The notes under the pieces were generated by a model that saw nothing but the letters and a program-made list of their open reading frames with translations, did no database searches and was not told where the DNA came from. Of a DNA stretch of 64,000 nucleotides, positions 1-9,390 are shown in pieces. Numbering within the stretch: the stretch's first letter is position 1; every line of letters starts with the position of its first letter. Location: assembly GCF_016903815.1 (NCBI RefSeq), contig NZ_CP069974.1. The stretch is one strand, 5' to 3'. The position numbers and the translations under genes were made by a program. The DNA comes from Escherichia coli. Its GTDB lineage: Bacteria; Pseudomonadota; Gammaproteobacteria; Enterobacterales; Enterobacteriaceae.

Positions 1-517
1 CCCGGTACAGCCGGTGGCTGACTGCCAGCATCAGCAGCCCGGCAATGCCGTAACTGGTGCCGGACAAAGGCCCCCACAGGGCCATCAGAAGAATGGCCGC
101 TGCTGTACGCCACCCACTGCGCGTTTCACACCACGTCAGCACCTGTGCCGCCACTGCAAAGGCAAACAGGATATTCCCCTCATACCAGGGAAAGCCGGCC
201 AGATAATATGCGAACTGGGCAATAATTCCCCATCCCCACAGCCGGTTAATGGCCGGTTGCCGGATATGCGCATGACGGGACAGATTCAGCCCCCACACCA
301 GGGCAAACAGCGGAAAGGCTCCTCGCCCGGCCAGAAACATCCATTCCTGCTTCAGCTGGAATATCAGATTGATGTGGTCCAGTACCATCAGCACCAGTGC
401 CACCGTTTTGATGATATCCCGCTGTCCGGGTGACCAGACCAGAAATGACTGCAACCAGGTATCGGTCCGTGCAGCCAGTGAATCGTTACGTGTCGTGTTC
501 GTGTTATCCGTTGTCAT
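1..517 (-). CDS. traX: TraX (F-pilin acetylase), N-terminal part; gene continues beyond window start
   Basis: Minus-strand translation from ATG at 517 reads MTTDNTNTRNDSLAARTDTWLQSF..., matching recalled F TraX; lies just downstream of traI stop as in F. The ORF-track 14..433 (+) ORF is the antisense frame. Confidence 0.75.
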   Translation of the reverse strand, partial: MTTDNTNTTRNDSLAARTDTWLQSFLVWSPGQRDIIKTVALVLMVLDHINLIFQLKQEWMFLAGRGAFPLFALVWGLNLSRHAHIRQPAINRLWGWGIIAQFAYYLAGFPWYEGNILFAFAVAAQVLTWCETRSGWRTAAAILLMALWGPLSGTSYGIAGLLMLAVSHRLYR

Positions 518-536
518 CAGTGTTTGTCTTCCTGTA

Positions 537-2990
537 TCAGTCTCCGCCCAGGGTTTTCTCTTTCTGCAGGTCACGAACCATATCCCGCTCCATCTGCTGC
601 AGACGCTCCTGCAGCAGATTTTCCCGGGCAACCTCCCGGACCGCTTCCCGTTCCCGTTGTGATTCACGCAGCACACTCTCCGGCAGTGCGGTTTCCCGTT
701 CAGAACTGGCAGTCCGGTCACGTTCCTGCCCGGCAATATCCCTGACAGCCAGCTCTGTTTTGCCGTCCGGCAGGTCAGGTTTGTTCTCTGCCATTTTACG
801 GACAATTTCATCTGCGCGACGTTCCGTTTCACGGCGGATGGCCTCTTCAGCCTGCCGCTGTGCCAGCACCTCTGCCGTGACCGGTTCGCCATTTCCGGCC
901 CCCGGCTGGACGCTGCTGTCCGGGATATCCCCCCACACGCGACCACCGGTGATGGCACCGGGATTCCACGGACGACCTTCACCGGCAATTCTTACCACCA
1001 CACCGCTGTCGGGATTATCACGGGCAATCCGGACACCATCCTGCATATTATCAGCCAGCAGGCTCTCTCCGTTACGGCTGCCCTGCAGGGCCACGAACTG
1101 CGCATCCCCGCGGCCTTTCACCCGTCCTTCACCGCTGAATCCCCGCAGCCCGTTTCCGTCATCCGTGGTCAGTGGGTTCAGCCAGATACCGGCGGACCTG
1201 CCGTTACGGTCAAACGCCGGCAGTGCCACATACGGCTGCGGATATTTACGTCCCGGTGCAATAAACCGTGCAGGGCTGTCTCCCCCGGCCAGCCCCGCCT
1301 GACGGAGAACGGCACGGCCTGCCGCCACGTCCCGCAGTTCCCGTGCCGTACTGAACAGCCGCTGCGCATTCATGACCTCCCGGTCCGGTTTCGGCTCAAA
1401 CACATCGTGGGCTGTTCCTTTCTGTACGGCATTGTTAATGGCATCCGTCCAGCCCTGACGGTTATCGGTGTACACCTGCACATGCTGCTTCATACGCGAC
1501 AGGGCCACGTAGGCTGACTCAAAGCCTGCCATCAGTTTCCGGTTACCTTCCGTGCCTTCAAGCGCAATGGCAAAGGTTTCACTTGTCCCCTGCGCACCGT
1601 GGGCGGTGATGGCATAGGCCAGGTCAATATGTTGCTCTGCCCGCTCCTGACCGGGGCGAATCACCCGGGTCTGCTGTCCGTCCGACAGCGTGACACTGTC
1701 ACCGGAAACCGCTGTCACCGTCCAGACGCTGTTGGCCACATAACCGCGCTCCCGGTCACTCTTCGTGAAGCGCATCCGGTCACCGGTTCCCACCCGGATT
1801 TTGTCTGGTGTGTACAGTGTGACACCTTCAGCCACCGCCTCCCGGGGCGAAATCAGCCGCGTGTTACCTTCCGCATCCTCCAGGGTTATCAGCCCGTCAT
1901 CCTTGCTGATACCGGCAATCCGGTGATACACACTATCCACCAGGGCAAGGGCATCCGGGTTATTCTCCCAGGTGGAGAGACGACGCAGTTCTCCGTCACG
2001 TATATTCGCTGTGTTCAGGACAGGCACCATGACCTGCTCTTTGCCCAGCTCACCGGCCTTTTCCCGTGCATCATGAATCATGCTGTTCAGTACGCGCCGG
2101 TCCTCATTCAGGTGCGTGACAATCAGCGTCTGCTCCCGTGCTTCCGGTGTCCTGCCGGTATAGTCGCGGACAATGGCCTCATACAGTGTCATGGGGATAT
2201 CCGGGAAAGCCTCGCCTTTCAGCATCGCCTTCTGCTGCGCTTCTGCCAGTTTCGCTTCCTGGCTGTGACTGAACTCCGTCACGGAGTGCTCCGGTGCCCA
2301 TGCGCCCTCCTGACGGGGAACCTGAGACGGTTTCACACTCTCAAGCCCGGACAGTGCCCTTTCCACATCCCGGTTAATCAGGCTGTATACCGCCTCCCGC
2401 AGTTCCGGCGTCTGACGCACAATCTCCTTCATGATGACCACATCGGCAGCACTGCGCGTCTGCTGCAGACGGAAAGGCTGACCGGGCGCGATGGCCTGCA
2501 GCTGGTCCGTGTCACCACTGGCCACGGCACGACCGCCACCGGCCGCAATCAGGGCGTATGCCCGTGCCATATCGGTATTGCCCACCATTGAGCTCTCATC
2601 GAGCAGGAACAGCGTGTTGCTGAAATCCGGCGTTTCTCCGCTGCGCTGCTGCAGCTGCGTGTCATGCAGAAAGGACGCCAGCGTCTGTGCATCCACGCCG
2701 GCGCTGCGCATCTCACCGACCGCACGGTGCGTGGGCCCCAGCCCCACAACTCGGGGACGCTCACTCGCCGGCAGCATGTTCACGGCTGACATCACCGCCC
2801 GGAACTGTGTGGTCTTACCCACACCGGCATAACCCTGTACCACCGTGAAACGGTCGGACGTTTCCAGTATCATACGGGTGGCGGCACGCTGTCCCGACGT
2901 TAACGTCTCCATGAGTTCGCCGGGTACTCTCTCCATCAACGGCGTGACCGCCTCCTTACCTTCGAGAATATGGCGAAGAATACTTTTTTC
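537..2990 (-). pseudogene. traI: traI 3' fragment (relaxase/helicase C-terminal part), severed by IS26
   Basis: ORF-track 1014-aa ORF matches F TraI C-terminal ~800 aa (from ...EKSILRHILEGKEAVTPLMERVPG... onward); its first ~200 codons run into IS26 and are not TraI. Confidence 0.9.
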
Positions 2991-3810
2991 GGCACTGTTG
3001 CAAATAGTCGGTGGTGATAAACTTATCATCCCCTTTTGCTGATGGAGCTGCACATGAACCCATTCAAAGGCCGGCATTTTCAGCGTGACATCATTCTGTG
3101 GGCCGTACGCTGGTACTGCAAATACGGCATCAGTTACCGTGAGCTGCAGGAGATGCTGGCTGAACGCGGAGTGAATGTCGATCACTCCACGATTTACCGC
3201 TGGGTTCAGCGTTATGCGCCTGAAATGGAAAAACGGCTGCGCTGGTACTGGCGTAACCCTTCCGATCTTTGCCCGTGGCACATGGATGAAACCTACGTGA
3301 AGGTCAATGGCCGCTGGGCGTATCTGTACCGGGCCGTCGACAGCCGGGGCCGCACTGTCGATTTTTATCTCTCCTCCCGTCGTAACAGCAAAGCTGCATA
3401 CCGGTTTCTGGGTAAAATCCTCAACAACGTGAAGAAGTGGCAGATCCCACGATTCATCAACACGGATAAAGCGCCCGCCTATGGTCGCGCGCTTGCTCTG
3501 CTCAAACGCGAAGGCCGGTGCCCGTCTGACGTTGAACACCGACAGATTAAGTACCGGAACAACGTGATTGAATGCGATCATGGCAAACTGAAACGGATAA
3601 TCAACGCCACGCTGGGATTTAAATCCATGAAGACGGCTTACGCCACCATCAAAGGTATTGAGGTGATGCGTGCACTACGCAAAGGCCAGGCCTCAGCATT
3701 TTATTATGGTGATCCCCTGGGCGAAATGCGCCTGGTAAGCAGAGTTTTTGAAATGTAAGGCCTTTGAATAAGACAAAAGGCTGCCTCATCGCTAACTTTG
3801 CAACAGTGCC
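2991..3810 (+). mobile_element. IS26 copy 1 (820 bp, 14-bp terminal inverted repeats GGCACTGTTGCAAA)
   Basis: IR at 2991-3004 and inverted copy at 3797-3810; encloses the 240-aa Tnp26 ORF. Confidence 0.95.
3036..3758 (+). CDS. tnpA: IS26 transposase Tnp26
   Basis: 240-aa ORF MLMELHMNPFKGRHFQRDIILWAV...; identical second copy at 9409..10131. Confidence 0.95.
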   Translation: MLMELHMNPFKGRHFQRDIILWAVRWYCKYGISYRELQEMLAERGVNVDHSTIYRWVQRYAPEMEKRLRWYWRNPSDLCPWHMDETYVKVNGRWAYLYRAVDSRGRTVDFYLSSRRNSKAAYRFLGKILNNVKKWQIPRFINTDKAPAYGRALALLKREGRCPSDVEHRQIKYRNNVIECDHGKLKRIINATLGFKSMKTAYATIKGIEVMRALRKGQASAFYYGDPLGEMRLVSRVFEM

Positions 3811-4765
3811 TTAACAAGTTGTTTGGGTGTTCGAATTTCAACAGGTAAGTTAGTTGCTAGAACCCATGGCTCCTTTGCCGACGCTGAGTAGATTTTAGGT
3901 GACGGGTGGTGACAATGAGTCCGTGTCGAGCGCTGATTTTTTCGGCCTTTAGAGCGAGATTTATACAATAGAATTTGGCATGAGATTGGATTGCTTTTAG
4001 TCAGCCTCTTATAGCCTAAAGTCTTTGAGTGACTAGATGACATATCATGTAAGTTGCTGATAGGTTTCCAGTTTTCCGCTCCTAGGTCTGCATATTGTAC
4101 TTTTCCTCTTACTCGACTTAACCAGTACCAACCCAGCTTCTCAACGGATTTATACCATGGCACTTTAAAGCCAGCATCACTGACAATGAGCGGTGTGGTG
4201 TTACTCGGTAGAATGCTCGCAAGGTCGGCTAGAAATTGGTCATGAGCTTTCTTTGAACATTGCTCTGAAAGCGGGAACGCTTTCTCATAAAGAGTAACAG
4301 AACGACCGTGTAGTGCGACTGAAGCTCGCAATACCATAAGTCGTTTTTGCTCACGAATATCAGACCAGTCAACAAGTACAATGGGCATCGTATTGCCCGA
4401 ACAGATAAAGCTAGCATGCCAACGGTATACAGCGAGTCGCTCTTTGTGGAGGTGACGATTACCTAACAATCGGTCGATTCGTTTGATGTTATGTTTTGTT
4501 CTCGCTTTGGTTGGCAGGTTACGGCCAAGTTCGGTAAGAGTGAGAGTTTTACAGTCAAGTAATGCGTGGCAAGCCAACGTTAAGCTGTTGAGTCGTTTTA
4601 AGTGTAATTCGGGGCAGAATTGGTAAAGAGAGTCGTGTAAAATATCGAGTTCGCACATCTTGTTGTCTGATTATTGATTTTTCGCGAAACCATTTGATCA
4701 TATGACAAGATGTGTATCCACCTTAACTTAATGATTTTTACCAAAATCATTAGGGGATTCATCAG
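3811..4765 (-). mobile_element. Truncated IS10 (outside end plus 5' 955 bp), cut by IS26
   Basis: IS10 outside end CTGATGAATCCCCTAATGATTTTGGTAAAAATCATTAAG on minus strand ending at 4765; Tnp N-terminus MCELDILHDSLYQFCPELHLKRLNSLTLACH... (ORF 3792..4658). Confidence 0.8.
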
Positions 4766-5837
4766 AGCATGATATCAAAACGCTCTGAGCTGCTCGTTCG
4801 GCTATGGCGTAGGCCTAGTCCGTAGGCAGGACTTTTCAAGTCTCGGAAGGTTTCTTCAATCTGCATTCGCTTCGAATAGATATTAACAAGTTGTTTGGGT
4901 GTTCGAATTTCAACAGGTAAGTTAGTTGCTAGAACCCATGGCTCCTTTGCCGACGCTGAGTAGATTTTAGGTGACGGGTGGTGACAATGAGTCCGTGTCG
5001 AGCGCTGATTTTTTCGGCCTTTAGAGCGAGATTTATACAATAGAATTTGGCATGAGATTGGATTGCTTTTAGTCAGCCTCTTATAGCCTAAAGTCTTTGA
5101 GTGACTAGATGACATATCATGTAAGTTGCTGATAGGTTTCCAGTTTTCCGCTCCTAGGTCTGCATATTGTACTTTTCCTCTTACTCGACTTAACCAGTAC
5201 CAACCCAGCTTCTCAACGGATTTATACCATGGCACTTTAAAGCCAGCATCACTGACAATGAGCGGTGTGGTGTTACTCGGTAGAATGCTCGCAAGGTCGG
5301 CTAGAAATTGGTCATGAGCTTTCTTTGAACATTGCTCTGAAAGCGGGAACGCTTTCTCATAAAGAGTAACAGAACGACCGTGTAGTGCGACTGAAGCTCG
5401 CAATACCATAAGCCGTTTTTGCTCACGGATATCAGACCAGTCAACAAGTACAATGGGCATCGTATTGCCCGAACAGATAAAGCTAGCATGCCAACGGTAT
5501 ACAGCGAGTCGCTCTTTGTGGAGGTGACGATTACCTAACAATCGGTCGATTCGTTTGATGTTATGTTTTGTTCTCGCTTTGGTTGGCAGGTTACGGCCAA
5601 GTTCGGTAAGAGTGAGAGTTTTACAGTCAAGTAATGCGTGGCAAGCCAACGTTAAGCTGTTGAGTCGTTTTAAGTGTAATTCGGGGCAGAATTGGTAAAG
5701 AGAGTCGTGTAAAATATCGAGTTCGCACATCTTGTTGTCTGATTATTGATTTTTCGCGAAACCATTTGATCATATGACAAGATGTGTATCCACCTTAACT
5801 TAATGATTTTTACCAAAATCATTAGGGGATTCATCAG
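4766..5837 (-). mobile_element. Second truncated IS10 copy (5' 1072 bp) in direct tandem with the first
   Basis: Same IS10 end at 5837; Tnp N-terminal 322 aa (ORF 4762..5730); near-identical to 3811..4765 with 1072-bp period. Confidence 0.8.
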
Positions 5838-5872
5838 CGTATAGTGTTTTGCAGTTTAGAGGAGATATCGCG

Positions 5873-6733
5873 ATGCATACGCGGAAGGCAATAACGGAGG
5901 CGCTTCAAAAACTCGGAGTCCAAACCGGTGACCTCTTGATGGTGCATGCCTCACTTAAAGCGATTGGTCCGGTCGAAGGAGGAGCGGAGACGGTCGTTGC
6001 CGCGTTACGCTCCGCGGTTGGGCCGACTGGCACTGTGATGGGATACGCGTCGTGGGACCGATCACCCTACGAGGAGACTCTGAATGGCGCTCGGCTGGAT
6101 GACGAAGCCCGCCGTACCTGGCTGCCGTTCGATCCCGCAACAGCCGGGACTTACCGTGGGTTCGGCCTGCTGAATCAATTTCTGGTTCAAGCCCCCGGCG
6201 CGCGGCGCAGCGCGCACCCCGATGCATCGATGGTCGCGGTTGGTCCGCTGGCTGAAACGCTGACGGAGCCTCACGAACTCGGTCACGCCTTGGGGGAAGG
6301 ATCGCCCGTCGAGCGGTTCGTTCGCCTTGGCGGGAAGGCCCTGCTGTTGGGTGCGCCGCTAAACTCCGTTACCGCATTGCACTACGCCGAGGCGGTTGCC
6401 GATATCCCCAACAAACGGTGGGTGACGTATGAGATGCCGATGCTTGGAAGAGACGGTGAAGTCGCCTGGAAAACGGCATCGGATTACGATTCAAACGGCA
6501 TTCTCGATTGCTTTGCTATCGAAGGAAAGCCGGATGCGGTTGAAACTATAGCAAATGCTTACGTGAAGCTCGGTCGCCATCGAGAAGGTGTCGTGGGCTT
6601 TGCTCAGTGCTACCTGTTCGACGCGCAGGACATCGTGACGTTCGGCGTCACCTATCTTGAGAAGCATTTCGGAACCACTCCGATCGTGCCTCCGCACGAG
6701 GCCGTCGAGCGCTCTTGCGAGCCTTCAGGTTAG
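5873..6733 (+). CDS. aac(3)-II: Aminoglycoside 3-N-acetyltransferase AAC(3)-II (gentamicin/tobramycin resistance)
   Basis: 286-aa product MHTRKAITEALQKLGVQTGDLLMVHASLKAIGPVEGG... matches recalled AAC(3)-IIa/IId family; RBS GAGGAG 9 nt upstream. ORF-track start 5849 is an upstream extension. Allele (IIa/IId/IIe) not resolvable by eye. Confidence 0.9.
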   Translation: MHTRKAITEALQKLGVQTGDLLMVHASLKAIGPVEGGAETVVAALRSAVGPTGTVMGYASWDRSPYEETLNGARLDDEARRTWLPFDPATAGTYRGFGLLNQFLVQAPGARRSAHPDASMVAVGPLAETLTEPHELGHALGEGSPVERFVRLGGKALLLGAPLNSVTALHYAEAVADIPNKRWVTYEMPMLGRDGEVAWKTASDYDSNGILDCFAIEGKPDAVETIANAYVKLGRHREGVVGFAQCYLFDAQDIVTFGVTYLEKHFGTTPIVPPHEAVERSCEPSG

Positions 6734-6745
6734 AGGCCGTCGACA

Positions 6746-7288
6746 ATGATAATCTGGATCAACGGACCTTTCGGCGCCGGAAAGACGACGCTCGCTAAGC
6801 GGCTGCGCGATCGGCGTTCCAAATCGCTGATCTTTGACCCCGAGGAAATCGGGTTCGTGGTGAAAGAAACGGTCCCCATGCCAGCGAGCGGAGACTATCA
6901 GGATCTCCCCTTGTGGAGGGGACTTACGATCGCGGCGGTCAGGGAGATTCGAAGGAATTACTCGCAGGACATCATCATCCCAATGACGCTCGTGCACCCG
7001 GACTATCTGACTGAGATACTCGACGGGGTAAGGCGGATCGACGATCAGCTGCTGCACATCTTTCTGACGCTCAACGAGGACCTATTGCGTCACCGGATCG
7101 CGAACCAGACCATGCATCCTGACCCGAATCGAAATGCGGAGATTCGAGAGTGGCGATTAGCGAATGTCGCCCGATGCTTGGCCGCAAGGGAACGGCTTCC
7201 ATGCACAACCCGTGTTCTCGATAGTGGTGCACACACCAGCGATGAACTCGCAGCGATGGTGCTCGACGGAATCGATGGGCGCACCTGA
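6746..7288 (+). CDS. tmrB: Tunicamycin resistance protein TmrB-like ATP-binding protein
   Basis: 180-aa ORF with P-loop GPFGAGKTT; the gene classically linked downstream of aac(3)-II. Confidence 0.85.
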   Translation: MIIWINGPFGAGKTTLAKRLRDRRSKSLIFDPEEIGFVVKETVPMPASGDYQDLPLWRGLTIAAVREIRRNYSQDIIIPMTLVHPDYLTEILDGVRRIDDQLLHIFLTLNEDLLRHRIANQTMHPDPNRNAEIREWRLANVARCLAARERLPCTTRVLDSGAHTSDELAAMVLDGIDGRT

Positions 7289-7381
7289 TCGCCTTCGACG
7301 CCTGCGCAAAGCGTAGCGCGAGGGTGGCGGGCTCACGACCAAACGCCCAGAGGTCGATCATCGCAGGGATGTTTGGCTTTG

Positions 7382-7680
7382 TGGTGCGGACGACGGGACT
7401 CGAACCCGTACTCTCACAGAGAAGCAGATTTTCGTACCACCTCGACTTTCGCCGCCGTCTGATGACGTTCGTGGTCTGGACTGTCCCTTCGCCATTGCCC
7501 GAAGGCTTTAGGCGCCGCCCGTCCAGTCTCTACACCTTCCCCCGAAGGGGCTTGGCTCGGGATTGGCTTAGGGTATTGCCCGTTAGCGTTCCCCGACTTT
7601 GAGCGGTTCTACTCCGCGGATTTCCCCGCGGGCACTCCAATTTTAAAGTCTGCTGCGTCTACCGATTTCGCCACGTCCGC
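7382..7680 (-). tRNA. tRNA-Leu(UAA) gene interrupted in the anticodon loop by a ~213-nt group I intron
   Basis: Minus strand: 5' exon GCGGACGTGGCGAAATCGGTAGACGCAGCAGACTT (acceptor, class II D arm, anticodon stem, C32-U34); 3' exon AAAATCTGCTTCTCTGTGAGAGTACGGGTTCGAGTCCCGTCGTCCGCACCA (rest of loop, long variable arm, T arm GGTTCGAGTCC, acceptor exactly complementary to GCGGACG, encoded CCA). Exons roughly 7680..7646 and 7432..7382. Confidence 0.7.
7433..7645 (-). ncRNA. Group I intron (tRNA anticodon-loop type, resembling the small cyanobacterial/Azoarcus tRNA introns)
   Basis: Follows exon U34, ends in G; contains core-like segments CCGAGCCAAGC...GAAGGTGTAGAGACTGGACGG...CCTAAAGC resembling the recalled Azoarcus tRNA-Ile intron; no ORF. 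Boundaries +/- 2 nt. Confidence 0.6.
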
Positions 7681-8262
7681 CTTTTTTCGCCGTTCCTAGC
7701 GCTCGTGCGATGCACCTATGTTGCACCTAGCGCCGAATCGTTCTTCGTCATCCTGAAAAACCACGTCTCCTAAAGCCTTGCATAGCTTATCTTTTCTCCA
7801 CCACGAACTTTTTTGTGGGATGGTAGAAAAAAAGACTTTTTAAGTCCGCTGGCTTGCCAGGCCTTGTTAGCTTGTACGGTCATGGTTATCGGGTAAAGAA
7901 TATTGACGGCATCGCTGGTGTCGGTGGCTGAAAAGCCGGCTCCCATCAGGGCAATAGCCATTTCAGATGCAGGCGTACAGGGCAATGGTCAACAGCTACA
8001 GCCTGTCTGACGATTCCGGCGTCATGGCTGCGGCGGCTATCACGCATTTTTTGTTCGGTCAGGCGGTGTTTTCGTACCTCAATGGTTGGAGCGTGTTGAT
8101 CGGACCTGGTACAGGTTTGGACAGCACGGGCTGCAAATACGCAAGGGATTTAATGGGCCTGGTGGCGTTCACGGCTTTTATCGTGACGTTTCTGTTCAGG
8201 GGCTACTCATAATCTCGTGGCTCGGCGGTTCCCGGCACACCATGACAGTAAGGAAGGACCCT

Positions 8263-9390
8263 GTGTCTCAACTCTCCCAGCTTCGAAGCCCCGCCGCCGT
8301 GCAGGCTGCCATCGATGAGTTCGTGCAACTGGGCCGCACGAAATTCCTGGCGCGCCACGGCTACGGCAAGTCCCGCGACTTCCTGGTACGTGATCCGAAG
8401 ACCGGCACCGATTGCGATTCCAAGGCCATCGCCGGTGTGGCCTTCGGCAAGCAATTTCCCGAGCAGGGCCCGCTCACTGCTGACAGCTTCTCCGGTGGCG
8501 AGGCGACCGTCGTTCCGGCGCTGACGCGGCTCGGGTTTCGCATCATTCGCATCGGCGAAGACTGGTCCGAAGAAGAGGTCCTGGCCACGGTCGAAGACTA
8601 TTTCGACATGCTGCGTGCCGAGGCGGCTGGGGAGCCGTACAACAAGTCCGAGCACAACCAGGCACTGCGCCAACTGCTGAACGGTCGCAGCAAGTCTTCA
8701 GTCGAGCTCAAGCACCAGAACATTAGCGCCGTACTCGATGCCCTGGGCCTGCCCTATATCAACGGCTACAAGCCACGCGGCAACAGCCAACTGCTGCTGC
8801 GTAAATCCGTACACGCCTACGTTCTGGAACATCAGCAGACGGTCGGCGCTCTTGTCGATGCCCTGGAGGAGGTAAAACTTCCGGGTGACAAAACCTACCG
8901 AGCGGCTTTGGTAGAACCACCCGCCCGTGAAGTGCTTGTGCGTACCCCGGCATCTCTACGGCAACGCCTACCGCGAAAGTTCGATTATGCCGCTCGCGAT
9001 GAAGCCAACCGCAAGCTGGGCCGGGCAGGGGAGCAGTGGGTGATTGGCTACGAACAGCAACGCCTGACCGAGCTCGGCCACCCAGAGCTTTTTCAGCGGC
9101 TGGATTGGGTGTCCGACACCCAGGGAGACGGTGCGGGGTTCGACATCCTGTCGTTCGAAGAGGACGCCCATGAGCGCTTCATCGAGGTGAAAACCACCAA
9201 TGGCGGGGTAGGCTCGTCTTTCTTGGTCAGCCACAACGAACTCGAATTCTCCAAGGAGGCGGGCGATCAATTCCATCTGTATCGCGTGTTCCAGTTTCGG
9301 GACGGTCCGCGCCTGTTCACGCTACCCGGCGACCTCAGCCAACATGTGCATCTCAAGCCGACGGGCACTGTTGCAAATAGTCGGTGGTGA
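8263..9390 (+). CDS. DUF3883-type protein with PD-(D/E)xK-like C-terminal nuclease fold; 3' end fused into IS26
   Basis: ORF in frame of track ORF 8086..9390; likely start GTG 8263 (RBS AGGAAGG at 8251) or ATG 8242. C-terminal GFDILSFEEDAHERFIEVKTT...LYRVFQF recalled as DUF3883; last ~9 codons derive from the IS26 inverted repeat. Confidence 0.6.
   Translation: MSQLSQLRSPAAVQAAIDEFVQLGRTKFLARHGYGKSRDFLVRDPKTGTDCDSKAIAGVAFGKQFPEQGPLTADSFSGGEATVVPALTRLGFRIIRIGEDWSEEEVLATVEDYFDMLRAEAAGEPYNKSEHNQALRQLLNGRSKSSVELKHQNISAVLDALGLPYINGYKPRGNSQLLLRKSVHAYVLEHQQTVGALVDALEEVKLPGDKTYRAALVEPPAREVLVRTPASLRQRLPRKFDYAARDEANRKLGRAGEQWVIGYEQQRLTELGHPELFQRLDWVSDTQGDGAGFDILSFEEDAHERFIEVKTTNGGVGSSFLVSHNELEFSKEAGDQFHLYRVFQFRDGPRLFTLPGDLSQHVHLKPTGTVANSRW

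Noticed and set aside
14-433. 139-aa plus-strand ORF at window start
   Set aside because: Antisense frame of traX; the minus-strand frame gives the recognisable TraX N-terminus.
430-1302. 290-aa plus-strand ORF rich in Ser/Arg/Pro
   Set aside because: Antisense to the traI 3' fragment; low-complexity composition typical of a spurious frame in GC-rich coding DNA.
2991-3581. First ~200 codons of the ORF-track 1014-aa ORF (537..3581)
   Set aside because: This part reads through IS26 antisense to tnpA; TraI homology begins only at the IS26 boundary, so it is a chimeric frame, not protein.
7382-7460. tmRNA (ssrA) 3' end
   Set aside because: The tRNA-like 3' end pairs with a canonical tRNA 5' half about 200 nt away, and the intervening sequence has group I intron features and no tag-peptide reading frame.
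7770-8212. Small ORFs between the tRNA and the DUF3883 gene
   Set aside because: Short, overlapping, no RBS; probably remnant donor-genome sequence.
8086-8262. Upstream ATG extension of the DUF3883 ORF
   Set aside because: No RBS; a GTG at 8263 has a strong AGGAAGG RBS and the extension overlaps a convergent ORF.
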